A stretch of DNA of 54,003 bases, the filler included, from Bipalium vagum (lineage: Eukaryota): the NCBI GenBank assembly GCA_037834085.1. It is 3 parts of 3 records of this genome, joined end to end, with 100 filler letters (N's around TTAATTAATTAA, not from the genome) between each part and the next. Parts side by side here need not be neighbours in the genome. Positions count along the whole stretch, not along the records: positions 35,822 to 54,003 come from JBBMKC010037636.1; 2 more parts are not named here. The stretch is one strand, 5' to 3'. The notes below the pieces were generated by a model. That model did not search any database. It was given only the letters and a program-made list of their open reading frames with translations, and was not told the origin of the DNA. This document shows positions 40,844-53,470 of this stretch, piece after piece. Each line of letters starts with the position of its first letter. Within the stretch, counting starts at the first letter, position 1. The translations under genes were made by a program, and so were the position numbers.

Positions 40844-42617
40844 GTCTTTCTTTTTGATAAAAAAAATGAAAAACTTGTGATTTAAATCATTTAAAGCAGA
40901 AGTTTATTGCCAAATAATAAAAATGATTATTTTCCATAACTGTAAAATTCTCATTCTTTCATATTTTCTAAATATAAAAAAAATCTTATGCAATTATATT
41001 TAATTTTTATTAAATTATTCTTATAAAAATAAAATGATTTAACTTAGGTGGATAGTTCTACGAAAGATTCATTTTTCAGGGTATAATTATTTTCAGTTTT
41101 TATTTGCTTTTTGTATAATTAAATTTCGTTTGTTTCAAGATAAATGGTTATACAAAGAATCCAATAATTAAATTAAAAGAATATCAACTTTCTTGGAAAA
41201 ATAAAAATATTTCAATTCTTATTAAGAATTTTAATTTTTGCTAAATTTCTTTTTAGTTTGATATCGTTTTTATAAAACTATTTTGCATAATATATATTAA
41301 ATTTAATATTTTTCCAAGTTTTTACTCATTTTTGGTTTGTGTTTATGTTAATTGCTCTATGAAATGATTAAATTTGTTTTGTTTTGTTCCATTTAATTAG
41401 AAAAAATAAAATGTATAATTATTTATATAATTTGTGGTTTCTACTTTATTGTTTATTTATCATACAGGTCGGTTCTATAAGGAGAACTAAAATGAATGTA
41501 AGATTTTTAAAATAAATAAATCAAAAAATGTAAAACAAATAAAAATTTTTTATGATTTTGCAAAATATATTAAAGAATAATAAAAATATAAAAGTTTTTT
41601 ATAAGTTGACTTTTAAATATTAAAAATTAAAATATTATATCATTTAGGAAAATCTTAAATCTGGTATTATTCATTTAAAGGTAGGTTATAAAATAATAGA
41701 ATTTTCAAATTGTTTATGATAAATAATGTTTTTTGATTGTTAATTAAAAGTTCTCTATTGGTCAATTTAGAACAATTTTTTACAATTATAAATAAGACAC
41801 AAAATCTATCGAAACGGATCTCAAAATTAATAAAGCATTTTGTCATTAAATTTTATTTCTTTACTTTCAATTAAAAAATTATTATGTAAAATTTAATTTC
41901 AGGAATCCGATTTAACGAGAATGGTTAGATATTTTATTCAAAACTTTTCAATAAAATTCTTTAAAATAATTAATTATTATTAAGAAAAATTATTTTTATT
42001 TAATTTAAAAAATATTGATAAATCCTGAAATATGAATTTAAAATAATGAGCTGATTTTATGCAATGAATTATTAAAAATAAATAATTAAAATAAGATCGG
42101 TCTAAACACAAATATTGTATTTACTAATTCCTTTGTTATTTAATGATATGGTAAACTTTAATGAATTTATTTTAATACTAAGTAAACAAATTTCTGCATT
42201 AGGGTACATATTTATTTTATGGAAAATAAATCCTTAATTGAGTAAACGCTTCATCAGATTGTCTTTTATTTCATGTCATGTTTTATTGATGTTATCTGAA
42301 ATCTGAACCTTTTAAAATTATTTAACCTATCTATATATACATCATATTCCCCATATTTTTTATTAAATTTTATTAAAAATTGTTCTATTGAAATTATATA
42401 TTAATCTTTTTCTCTGTTTATATAATTGATTTAAAAAAATTTCATTGAGAATTATTTTTTAAAATTCAGGAATCAACTAATAAAGTAAAATTTATTTCTA
42501 CATTATGATAATTTTGCCTGTTAATATTACTTTTCATTTTAGTTGGATTATATAAAAGATCTTGTTGAGACAAGATATACGATCAAGACAATTAATTATA
42601 TGAATGATAATAAGTAA
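39803..42617 (+). CDS. micro-exon gene (MEG-like): about 15 symmetric phase-0 micro-exons plus a terminal exon, unknown protein
   Basis: Exons, each preceded by AG and followed by GT: 39803-39829 KSIGDFETW; 39878-39907 HPEETRMMSV; 39955-39990 GYGYVPTKIIRK; 40099-40116 MSENLL; 40278-40307 RKLILQHLNE; 40356-40376 DDGSDFM; 40426-40440 NYEKK; 40635-40655 KISHPLT; 40710-40742 KPLEKDEYKNE; 41048-41080 VDSSTKDSFFR; 41468-41497 VGSIRRTKMN; 41648-41680 ENLKSGIIHLK; 41903-41923 ESDLTRM; 42096-42116 IGLNTNI; 42470-42484 ESTNK; terminal exon 42543-42617 LDYIKDLVETRYTIKTINYMNDNK*. Six introns are 47-58 nt, the same size class as in the conserved genes here. Confidence 0.72.
40775..40842. repeat. (TAA)n microsatellite inside an intron of the micro-exon gene
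   Basis: Pure TAA run. Confidence 0.95.
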
Positions 42618-42981
42618 CTATTTATTATTTTTAATGGTGTTTATAAATATGGATTTTACTGAATATATTATATTTTCGTATGTTTTTAATCATTAAAAAT
42701 GAAAATTGTACTTGGGACTTCACAAAACAGAAAATCTTAAGAATTCGAACCAATGAAATATAACAAGAAAAAAATAATACAAGAATGTAAAGAAAATATT
42801 TTTAAATAGCATTGAAAAATTTCAAAAAGAAAAAACTTGAAATTAGAAATTTTAAAAAAAGTAACAGCTTAGTGATATGAAGAAGAAAAAATGAAAAATA
42901 TTTCATAGACACATAAATAATTACTGAAAAAATATTCAATTATATTTAAAATATTTTGAGTTAAATAAAATTTTATATTTA

Positions 42982-43330
42982 TTGGAGAAGAACTGCGCGG
43001 AATGTCTTCTATATTCATTCGATTTAAATCCCACTTCGTTTGGAAATATTTGGAGTGTGTCTTGCTCAGTAGCACAAAAGAATTTAAATACCTTACGCAC
43101 TACCATAACAAAGTCTTGGGATGAAATGCCTTCTGAAATGTTGCGATCAGCAGCTGAAAGTTTTATTAAGCATATAAACCTCTGTATTCATGCTGACCAT
43201 TTTAAAAATTATTGGCTTTTATGTTAAATAAATGTCTTATTTACTAATGCAAATAATTTGAATTAATTTCTTACAAATTCATGCCACATATAGATTTTTA
43301 CCTGTCTCCGCATTTTATTCATATCCTGTA
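42982..43330 (+). mobile_element. Tc1/mariner (maT-like) C-terminal remnant and right end
   Basis: YSFDLNP (SPDLNP-like) and NLNTLRTTITKSWDEMPSEMLRSAAESF..LCIHADHF. Ends in CCTG|TA. Confidence 0.75.
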
Positions 43331-44882
43331 TTTATTCCAATCTTTTTACCTTTATGTATAAGATATAATTCAAATCATTTCAATCTGGATTTTAGATGAA
43401 CATATTTTAATTCTTCTTTAAATCTATTTTATTTTTAGAAAAATAGAAATAAATTTAGACAAAAACAGTTAATATGGGGATTTAAGAAACAAAAATGTGA
43501 TTATCTAGAAATTTCTTTAAACCGAAAAACTAAAACAAATTTACATATAAACGGAAATTTAACTTTTTTATTGTAAAAAAAATGCTTTAGATTAATCAGA
43601 AGCTTTATTGGTTTTAGAAATAGAAATAGAAGGTATAAAAGTAGATGAAAATATAAATTTAAAATATGATTTTTTTCCATTTTATGTTCAAATAAAATTT
43701 CAAAACTGGGTTCAACAAAAAAAGAAAATATATTAACTCCAAATTTTATAAAAAATCTTTTTATTTGATAATGAAAATAATTAGGTTGGATTTCAGATAA
43801 ATTACAAAAAATTAAAATAAAGACTACATAGGTTTTATAACAAGTTAAAGTTAAATAATATTTATTATCAATTAAATGAATTATTTTTGAAGATGGTAAA
43901 ATAATAGAACTTATCTAATTTATGGCAAAGCTTGTGAATATTTTAATAGAAATCCACAATTACGTGTATTAAATTTTCAAAATTCTACATTTGGTTTTAA
44001 TTGGCATAAATTCCAACAAAGTGGTTCCTAACTGCCAATATGAAACTCATTGAAAATAAACCAGTAAAAAAACCAAACCTACTTTGACTGGATATCATGA
44101 CACTGTTCCACTCGTCTGTAAAGAGTTTTGAAATATTTGAAGTGCCTTTTTCTTTTTAACACTGTAGATTGTAATATTTATTTTAAGAGTTTTCCTTGTC
44201 TATTCCACTCTTCCTGGGGTATTTATTTATATATGTTTTTGTGTGTTTTGGTATTGAAACGCTTCAGTACTTATATTATTTTACTTTTTGTATTTTTAAA
44301 TTTATTAAATTAATGTTACTAAGTTTAGAATTTACCTTTAAAATTTTTACTATAAATTTATTTATTGTTATTTCGTATTTGAACTGGATTGAGCCGACGA
44401 ATTGGGAACTAGGCATGAGAGTCTCCACATATATATTATTTAAAGGTAACGTTTATATTTATAATATAGGATTACCGTACTTTGACAATTTTTGTTTGAA
44501 TATTTAGATTTAAGATATTTCAAAAGACGAAATATATATCGAGAACGTTAATGTATATATAATAAATACTACATACTATAATTAAATAGTTTTAGTCTTC
44601 GTCCAAGTAATTAAATAGAAATCGTGTTAATTAAAAATGTGAAAAATTATTTAAAATTCATTTATTTACCTAATAAATTTTTCAAAGGTAATTAAAATAT
44701 TTCTATATAATATGTCCAATTAAAATATTTCCGTGTTTAACTGAATTCTTAATTCGGTATTTAGTTTCATTAAATGATTACATTTAAATAAAAGTAAAAG
44801 TTATTTCATATTCGCCGGTATTAATAACATAAATTCATTTATTTTATTTTGTAAAATCTAGTTAAAATTTTTTTACTTAAGA

Positions 44883-47800
44883 ATGAGCTTATTTGAAAAT
44901 CAAAATGTTCTTAACGTCTATTTTGAAATAATTATTTCACCCACCCATGGACATAATAGTCAGCCTCAGAATAATGAGTTAAGCAACATAAATGGTTGTG
45001 GTGATGTAATGAAGTTTCCGTTATTTCAACGTGAATATTTACGCCACAACCAAACTGTAGAAGATATAGAAAAGAAGTTAGAGAGAGCTTCAGAAAGGAG
45101 AAACAATATTCTTCAAGTTAGATTGATTATAATTGAAAAGTTAATTCAATTTGTTATTTAGGAACTTAAAGAACGAAATGAAAATATTGTATCAAAAGCT
45201 ATGTACTTAGCCAAACAAAAAGAAGAGAAACTTAATCGATTTGCAGCTGACTTGAAAAATAGGTTGGAGGTAAACTTAGCTTTGAAAGAAAGCAGGAGAA
45301 AACACTTCATTGATGAAAAAGTGGAATATGCCAAAAAGAAGGTAAGTAATACATATTTTCATACATTTCCTCTAATTAAAACCTGTGATCGTCTTATTTT
45401 GAAAATAATATTGATCTAAATTTTTTCCCCTTATATACAAATGTTTTTGGCTGAAATTCATCTATTTCGGCAGATTTAAAAAACAAGTGTTAATAAGCTT
45501 TTTTAAAATGATTTTCTTATAATTTATTAAATAAAGGAGATAAGTTGGCACAACGCAAGAAAAATTAAAAATTCTCTAATATTTTTTACCTTTGTATCTT
45601 TTCATTAAAAATTAGTTAAATTGATTAAAATTATAAAAAAATACTAATAGATATGCCAAAAAATCCATTTTTTTAAAATTATAAACAATGTAATTGTTTT
45701 TCAGTTTAGATATTTAAATGGTATTTATATTATAATAAAATCAAGCGAAGATTCAATCCACTTCTGGTATTAGTTAATAAACAATTAAATTGGCTATACT
45801 ATAAGATATCCCCAGTTTTATTTTTGAAACATTTTATGATTGAAGGATAGAAAAAGTTTTAATATGTCATAGTATAATCATAAAAGCACTTAAAAATCAT
45901 TATAATAAAAATGATAAATAAATTAAGATTTCTTATTAAAATTTAAATATTTACCTTACAGTTACTCTGGCAACATATTAATTAAACAAATTTTAACATA
46001 CATTAATAAAATAATTATTGATAAACAAAATTTAAGCTTATTAATATCTAAAATTAAATTAAATTAGTTAACTTTTTTGATCATATTTTTTAGTTTTCTC
46101 TTGGGGTGAAATTAAAATAGATGATTAATTATGATATAATTAAAATACAATCAGGGTTAATTTCAGTATATATATATATATATATACTTATATATGGAAT
46201 TAGGGTTTATTTAAGTATATACAATGTATATTATACATACTTATATATATTGTATATATATTATTTTTTAAGTATACGCTTTTTAAAAAATATTTTTGAA
46301 GACGACAAATTTTATTTATACTACTATCTTGAAACATGTTTCGATCTCTTTTTTCACATCATCTTCAGTCAATTTTATTCTTCTTCGATGTCTATCTTCA
46401 AATGATATCACTATCATGATTTAAAAATATTATCTACATTATTATTGGATAAAAGTAAAAAAACTTAATTTTAAAAACCTTAAAAATATCATTTTTTAAT
46501 ATTTAAAAATTTTTTAAAAAATTATTTCTTTAAAAATAATTATTTTTAACATATTAATTAAGAAAAACATTAATCATCCATTGATTCCTGCTTTCTCCAT
46601 TTTTTGAATTAAGTTCTGGTTTCAGTTTTTAATTACTAATGATTCGCATATTTTTCTTTCTTCATCGTTATCAAAGTTGGTCATTACTACAGAAAACTCA
46701 TTTTCATTGGCATATTTATTTCCTTCTCTTTCTTTGCAGCTAACAGTTTGATCCAAAACTTTGCTTGTTCTACTTTTTTGAGAATGCTCACTAATTCGTG
46801 TCTTTAGGTGACGTTGTGTGTCCCATATGTATAGATGACAACATCCATGACATTGGAATTTGTACACGATATTAGCTTGCATTGGTTTTGAAGTCACTGT
46901 TCTAATTTTTTTAAAAATTTCGTTTTTGCTGTTAGAGATATTACTTTTAAACCTTCTTCATTTATTATCTGTAATATTTTACTTTTAAAATCTTGAATCC
47001 TTCTGAATAGGGAATTTTAATGATTTTCTTATATTCATTTTTTTCTTTCTTCTCGTTGCATTCTTTATTATTCATGAATTTATTTACGGTACCTTCTATC
47101 GTCTTTTCAATTTTCCAATTTGGATACGCATTATTTTGTAATTTTCTCTTTAGTTCATTCAACTCTATATCAATCTGTTTATAATCTGATGTTAAGGACC
47201 AAACTCAGTGTATTAATCATTTCATTAGGCCGCTTTTATACTTTTCCTCTGTTATTTGATGTGTATAAGCCGGTATCTGTTTTTTTTCTATATACTGATG
47301 TTTTCAATCTATTATTGTGCTCTTCTTTTGTTACTAATACGTCTTGGAATAGTAACTTATTCTCACTTTCCTTTACAATAGTGAACTTTATATTAGGATG
47401 GATATTATTCATGTATTCTAGGAATGGTTCAATTTCTTCTTCCTTTTTGAATATTAAGAATACATCGTCAACATACCGCGTATACACTATTGGTGTATTT
47501 TAATTAAAATCATTTATTTTCTCCTCTAAGCTATTCATAAATAAAGAGGCCAGTGTTGGTTCTAAAGGTAATCCCATAGAAACTCCGTCTCTTTGTGTGT
47601 ACCATTCTCTATTGAACAAAAATGAAACGCCTTTGGTACTAAATTCCAATAATTGCTTCATACTAAATTCATCCATGATGTCTTGATCACCTCTATCCTT
47701 TCAAAGAGAAACGCATAAATCAATTGTTTCCGAAATAGGCACATTTGTAAATAAACTGCACACGTCAAATGATATCATATGGTCTTTTTCGTAATTTTTC

Positions 47801-48796
47801 TCATAATTATTTATAAAATTACATAATTCAAAGCTGTCTTTCACCTCGTATTTCATTTTAATAATGGTTTTACCAATTCGTCAATAAATTTTGCTATTTT
47901 ATGTTGAGCACAATTTGTCATCGATAGAACTGGTCTTACCTGCTGATTATCTTTGTGTATTTTTGGCAATCCGTATAATTTTACCGGTTGTGACCCATGG
48001 GATATTAATCTGCTGACTATTTTTTTATATGATTACCTTTTACTAATTTTTGTATATGTTCTGCATTGTAGTAAATAATATTCAAATATGGAAATAGAAA
48101 AAATAAATAGCATAATAAGTGGTTCTTCTACACAATGAATTTCATGGTTAAGGAAGAACGGTCTGATGATAGACATAGATGGTTGTGATTGTTGTAAGAA
48201 ACCAATGAATTCTTATATCTGTACAAGAAACAAAATAAATTAAAATATATGATTAATTGGGAGGGGAACTAAAAATGATTTTAAAAATAAATGGCATAAT
48301 ATGTGTCCACGAATTACGGGTGTTTTGATAATCGATTGTTCAAAAAAGATAATTTATTTGCAATTAGTGAAGAATTAAGCCGCTCCAACATTAATGTGGT
48401 GAAATTAAAATAAATGATTGATTGAGGGGGACCTAAAAAAGATGATCCAAGTTTTTAAAAGTTTGATTTTTTAATTTAATTTTTTAAAGTTAATTCTTTA
48501 TAATTATTATAAAAGGTTATAATTTATAAATTATACATATATATATATAATTTTAAATACATTTACATACCAATTATTTGAAATTGAAATAAAAGGAGTT
48601 TGTATATTATTTTAACTATCTATCGTGTAAATAAAAATACAATTTAAATACTTATTATTTCTGAATTAGTTTTCATTATTTATTTCTATTTTTGTAACAC
48701 TAATTTTTCATCTAGATAGATAAAGTTATAGAAATGAAATCATTGAGAAAGTCAGAAATCAGTGATGCTGTGTATAATAAGGAAAATGGAAATTAA
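44883..48796 (+). CDS. stathmin: stathmin-family protein, about 164 aa, exons 44883-45116, 45162-45341 and 48716-48796
   Basis: YFEIIISP (stathmin FELILSP) and TVEDIEKKLERASERR (SLEEIQKKLEAAEERR), then a helical repeat ending YAKKK|IDKVIEMKSLRK..*. Both introns are phase-0 GT-AG. An acceptor just before the ATG suggests a further upstream exon is possible. Confidence 0.82.
46329..46372 (-). ncRNA. minimal type I hammerhead ribozyme in the PLE 3' region
   Basis: Minus strand reads UUGA-CUGAAGA-U-GAU(GUGAAAAAAGAG)AUC-GAAAC-AU-GUU-UCAA: intact core, stem I UUGA/UCAA, stem II GAU/AUC, and a palindromic stem III region AAACAUGUUU. Confidence 0.75.
46329..48030 (-). mobile_element. Penelope-like retroelement (RT plus GIY-YIG endonuclease), 5'-truncated and frameshifted, in stathmin intron 2
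   Basis: RT motifs YGLPKIHK..VRPVLS, FDVCSLFTNVP, QRDGVSMGLPL, YTRYVDDVF and VYRKKTDTG. Endonuclease NIVYKFQCHGCCHLYIWDTQRHLKTRISEH. The 3' region carries a hammerhead motif. Confidence 0.93.
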
Positions 48797-50559
48797 AATT
48801 ATTCTTATTATAATTGTAAGTAATTTCAATAATACATTTATTAACATCAGTTTTTAACTGAATTTATTGTTGATGTTTTAAAGTTTTAATTTTTATCATT
48901 CAAAATGATTTTGTTAAAACAGTTTCAAAAAATTTTGTAATATTTAAATTTAAATGGAAATTTTTATTAGAATTTAATTGTTAGGACTTTTTCAATGTTA
49001 TTTCAAGAACTTTTAAACGATTGGGAATTGGATGAATAAAAATTTATAAATATCTTCATAAAAATTGTAAATAAAATTATTAATATTCAAATTTCATTAA
49101 TATTTTATTTAGATTTGGTTTTTTAAAGAACAGACTTTATTTGGTCAAAAGTATTTGAAACTTCATTGAAATTTTATTTTAAATTTGTAAAAATGTGACG
49201 AAATTATTTTTATTTTGTTTAGATATTTATTTTGTAATTTAGTATATTGAATAATTTATTGGACATTTCTTGTTTCAATTTTTTTAATGTAAGAAAAAAT
49301 ATTTTATTTTGCTCTGTTTCATATAGAAAATTAATTACGTCAGTTGTATGGTACAAGCTGACTGGAACAATTATGTTTTGCTTTCAGAATTGGAAAGCAT
49401 CAAATAATAAAGATTCTCAGTTAATTTGGTCTACTTTTTATTAATTTATTTTATTTTAGTATTACCTTTACAATCTTAGATTTGAAATAAAAAGAGAAAT
49501 AAGTATTTTAATTTGAATTCCTTTTTATTTTTCTTGAAAGTAATGTTAAGTTATATAAGAATTATACAGCCAAAGTATTTTAATTTTATTTTTAAAAATT
49601 ATTCTGAAATTAATTTCATACAAGATCTAAAAAACTGAAAATTAACTTCTACAACTGTTTTCTATATCTATAAAACAATTTTTCTTATGTGATAATAATA
49701 ATGAAAATGAAGAAAATTCTGAGAAATTAATAATTAAAATATATAACCTGTAAAATAAGGAAAATTATTTTTTAAATTTATGAATATTATATTGAATTAA
49801 TTTTTTTGTGGATTATCTCTGGTAACTGGCATAATTTAAAATTTAATTTATTAAATTCATCAACTTTTCATTAAATAAATTTTTGTATTAAACAGGTTTT
49901 CAAATATTTTAAAGAATTTAACTATTCACTCTTAATAATTAAAATAATTTATTTTACATTAGTATTTATCCTATTTCAAATGTTACTTCACAAATTTATA
50001 TTTTCTGGTATATATTGCGAAAAATATTAAGTTATATAAAAGTAACAAAATAACTCTTCATACAAAATAAATTTTTAACAAAAATCAAACTTAGTCTTGA
50101 ATTTTGAAAAATAATCACGACGATCACCATTTATTTCTAACTCAAACAAGTTACTTTGCAGTAGTCATTGAGTATGTGGGCATTTTGTTGAGGCAGCAAA
50201 GGTCAATACCACTTATGAGGTATTCGTTGTTCTTGGTGATCATGACACAATTAGCTTTCAAACAGAACTGTTGATTGTCTTGACCTCAGCACAGGTAAAC
50301 GATAATTGCGATGAAATCATTTTAAGGATCAATGGAATCTTTTTTTCGTATTCTCCAACTAACAAGAATCCAATTACTGGTAATTAGAATCGGCATATTT
50401 CTATCACTGCAATCATACAGATGACAAGATTGTCCACTTTCCTCAGAAGTGATAGCACCATGTTTTTATTGAAATTTTCTCTCTTTGAATGTTTTCGATA
50501 GCTTTATAAATTTCTATCTTCGTTTACAATTGTTCAATCTTTCTCAGCATATTGCTTAA

Positions 50560-51250
50560 CTTTGCAAACTAAGTTTAAGATAAGGCTAAAGAAGGCCATC
50601 CAAAATCAACTGTGGTGCCAGTAAACATTGATGCCATCCGAGAAATGATAAAGTTTGATCGTCAATTTGACTTACTGCTAAATTCAGACCTCTTTGGGCA
50701 TTAGTATGACTATCATATATTGCATGAACATTTGACTGTGGAAAAACTGTGTGCCTATTGGATACCGCATAAGTTAACGAATGTTCAAAAAGTGGATCGT
50801 GTGAATTGGTCTAGAAATTCTTAAGAAATTCAATTCCGATTCTTCAACAACAGTTTACATCATAGTTACAGGCTATATCTTGGATATATGCGATTGATCC
50901 GGAAAATAAAAGGCAGTCGTCTGTATGGGTCTTCCAAGATGAACCAAAGACACCAGATGTTATTCGTGCTGGACGCACGTCGAAGCAAATGGTCGCCTGA
51001 AAATCTGGGCATATCGCAACTGTGACTTTAGGGGTTTTAAGTATGGTTAATTCTGCATGGTACACAAAAATTTAGTTGCCAGAAGTATTTTGTGAAATAA
51101 GAAAACCAATTCAAACCATTCTCCACCATGGCAAAGCCAGTTCTATCAATTCACAACAAACAAATAATTTTTTGAAAACCAAAAAAAATTATGGGACATC
51201 CTCCGTATAGACCTGGTTTGGCTATTAACTATTTTTTATTTCCATATGTG
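50560..51250 (+). mobile_element. degenerate mariner transposase
   Basis: EGHPKSTVVPVNIDAIREMIKFDRQ, WIPHKLTNVQKVDRVNW, IVTGYISWIYAIDPENKRQSSVWVF and GHPPYRPGLA. Confidence 0.88.
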
Positions 51251-52699
51251 TAGGGCTGACTAGATTGTTGAAATTTCCTTGAGAATCAAGTCTCATTTTA
51301 TTTTAAACATCTGGTCTCTCAAACACTAACTTTAACAAAAACGGTACCAAATACATTTGCATTGACAAACCAAAAAACCAAGCCAACGGTCGCAACCAAA
51401 ATTGTTGTCTCATAAATCATACTTTGTGTTAAAAAAATTTATATAACATTTTTATTCTAATATGTAATTATCTTTATTTTTAGTTTGAAAACAATACCGT
51501 TTTTTCCTTTATAAAATGTGATTATTTTGTGTATTGTATGTATAAAATTAATAAAAATAAATAATGAATTCTTTTTTTTTCCTAAAATATTAATTAGTAA
51601 GTAGAAAAAATAATAACTTAAAATAAAAACAACTACCTAAAGTATACTGAGCGACACAATTCTTACAGTTAGAAGTGTCATTATAACTTCATGAATAATG
51701 TAAGTAATGAAATAAAAGTTGTATAATTATATTTAATATAGTAGCACTTATATTAATTATCACTACTTAGATATATATTAATTTTTGTTTAAATAATATT
51801 TAAATGTTTACTGTTTTTTTAAATATGCTAAACGACACAATTTTTTGGCAAACCTTATAAATTTTTAAATATTAATGATTTTAACCAAAATTTTTTTAGT
51901 CATTTATATGTTATTAATGTTTATCTTACTTTTAGATATTATTATGAAATCTATTGAATTAAAGTGTTTCAATTAGGTTAAAAAAAGAAGGTAAAAGTTA
52001 TGGTGCAATTGGTACGATTTTAGGCATATCCAGATATGCTGCTAAACGGTTGGTGACCTATAAATATGTGGTACACAAAGGAAAACGTGGGAGAAAAAGA
52101 TTATTAAGTAAAAAGTAAAATAATAGTTGTATAAATAATAATATTATCTGAAATAAATAGAAGCTACTGAATGTAGAAAAATAAATATTTGCTTAAGATA
52201 AATAAAAAAGCTCTTAGGTACTACCCAAAATAAATAATCGCTAGCAATATTAGTAGAATTTTGGTAAAATTAGCAAATAATAAAAATTGCTAATGGCTGA
52301 AAACAGGACTATAGAAACCCCTATTCCCCGTCATAAACTCAGACAGGAGATTCTTAAAAATACAAATTGAGATTTCTATTTTGTAAAAAAGAAGTAAATA
52401 AAACTCTCCAAGTTTGGTAGCGAAATAATTTAAATACGAAAGATAAATTAAAGTAAAACGATAAAAAAGGTAAAACAAAAATTAATAGTATAATTAATTA
52501 CTATCGGTAATTAAAAGAAAAGCTTTACATTATTGATTTCTTTTTACATTTCACTATTTCTCTTTATTGTTTCTTGAGAACCCTAATCTCTAGGATTTAG
52601 AGTAAGATTTTTCTAATAGATAGAATCTTCGATTTTCAAAATTCCAGAGCGAGGATAATAATAATTATTTAAAGAGTTTCTTATAAAAAAAATTTATTA

Positions 52700-53470
52700 A
52701 AAAAAGTGCTATTTTAGTTTAATAAACTCTCCTATTATACACACTCCCTTCACAGCTGTGATGAGGCTTTGTCGGACCAGAATACATAATCATCGTTGGT
52801 ATGATATTTTTGAATGAATGGAATTTAAATTTTAGCCAAACATTTCTTTTCATAAATTTCTTTGTTGATTGCCAGGCCATTTGGCCTAAAATATGGTTCG
52901 ACACACTTTTGCTTGAGACGACTATATACATCGTCACCTTTGGTTCAAATTTATTTTAAACTTGAATTTAACTTCCGCTGCAGCCGTACTTAGATCCTTT
53001 GAGTAATAAATGTCATTACGGGAATTTCATTCTTACTTAAAGGGAAATAACTTTCGTCATCCAAAATATAAATTTTCCTCGAGTAATTTTTTTCATTCAA
53101 CGCCATCTTTTTACTTGTAATATATCCGATTCCGTATATGCTGATCACTTGCTCTTCTTCCTGATTATAATAACAGCCTTTTTCAATGCTTTCGAAATAT
53201 ATTGTTGCGTACAACCAAAAGTTGTTGGGACTTCATTTTGATTGATATTGTCTTTATTGTCGAACATGCGCTCTAGGAGTTTAAAACGTTTACCTTTCAT
53301 AATAGTTGGTGTTCTGTCAGATCCTGTTTTACGATTTACTTGTTGACCTCGTAAAATATTATGGGTTTTAGCACATCTTCCAAGAAAAATGATCCAAGGT
53401 GAACTTTTTGCCAACATCAATATATTTTTTATAAAATTGTACAATTCGAATTCGACGTACTTTTTGTTTT
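52700..53470 (-). mobile_element. Tc1/mariner-superfamily (ITm) transposase remnant
   Basis: RKTGSDRTPTIM..FGCTQQYISKAL (HTH region), ILDDESYFPLS (first catalytic Asp) and KFEPKVTMYIVVS, with several frameshifts. Confidence 0.75.

Noticed and set aside
38848-42203. Stop-codon reassignment to explain in-frame stops in candidate exons
   Set aside because: Rootletin, snail and stathmin read cleanly in the standard code, and snail and stathmin end at TGA and TAA.
10473-48796. Functional cluster of cytoskeletal genes (rootletin, stathmin) with snail
   Set aside because: The three genes lie on different scaffolds separated by artificial linkers.
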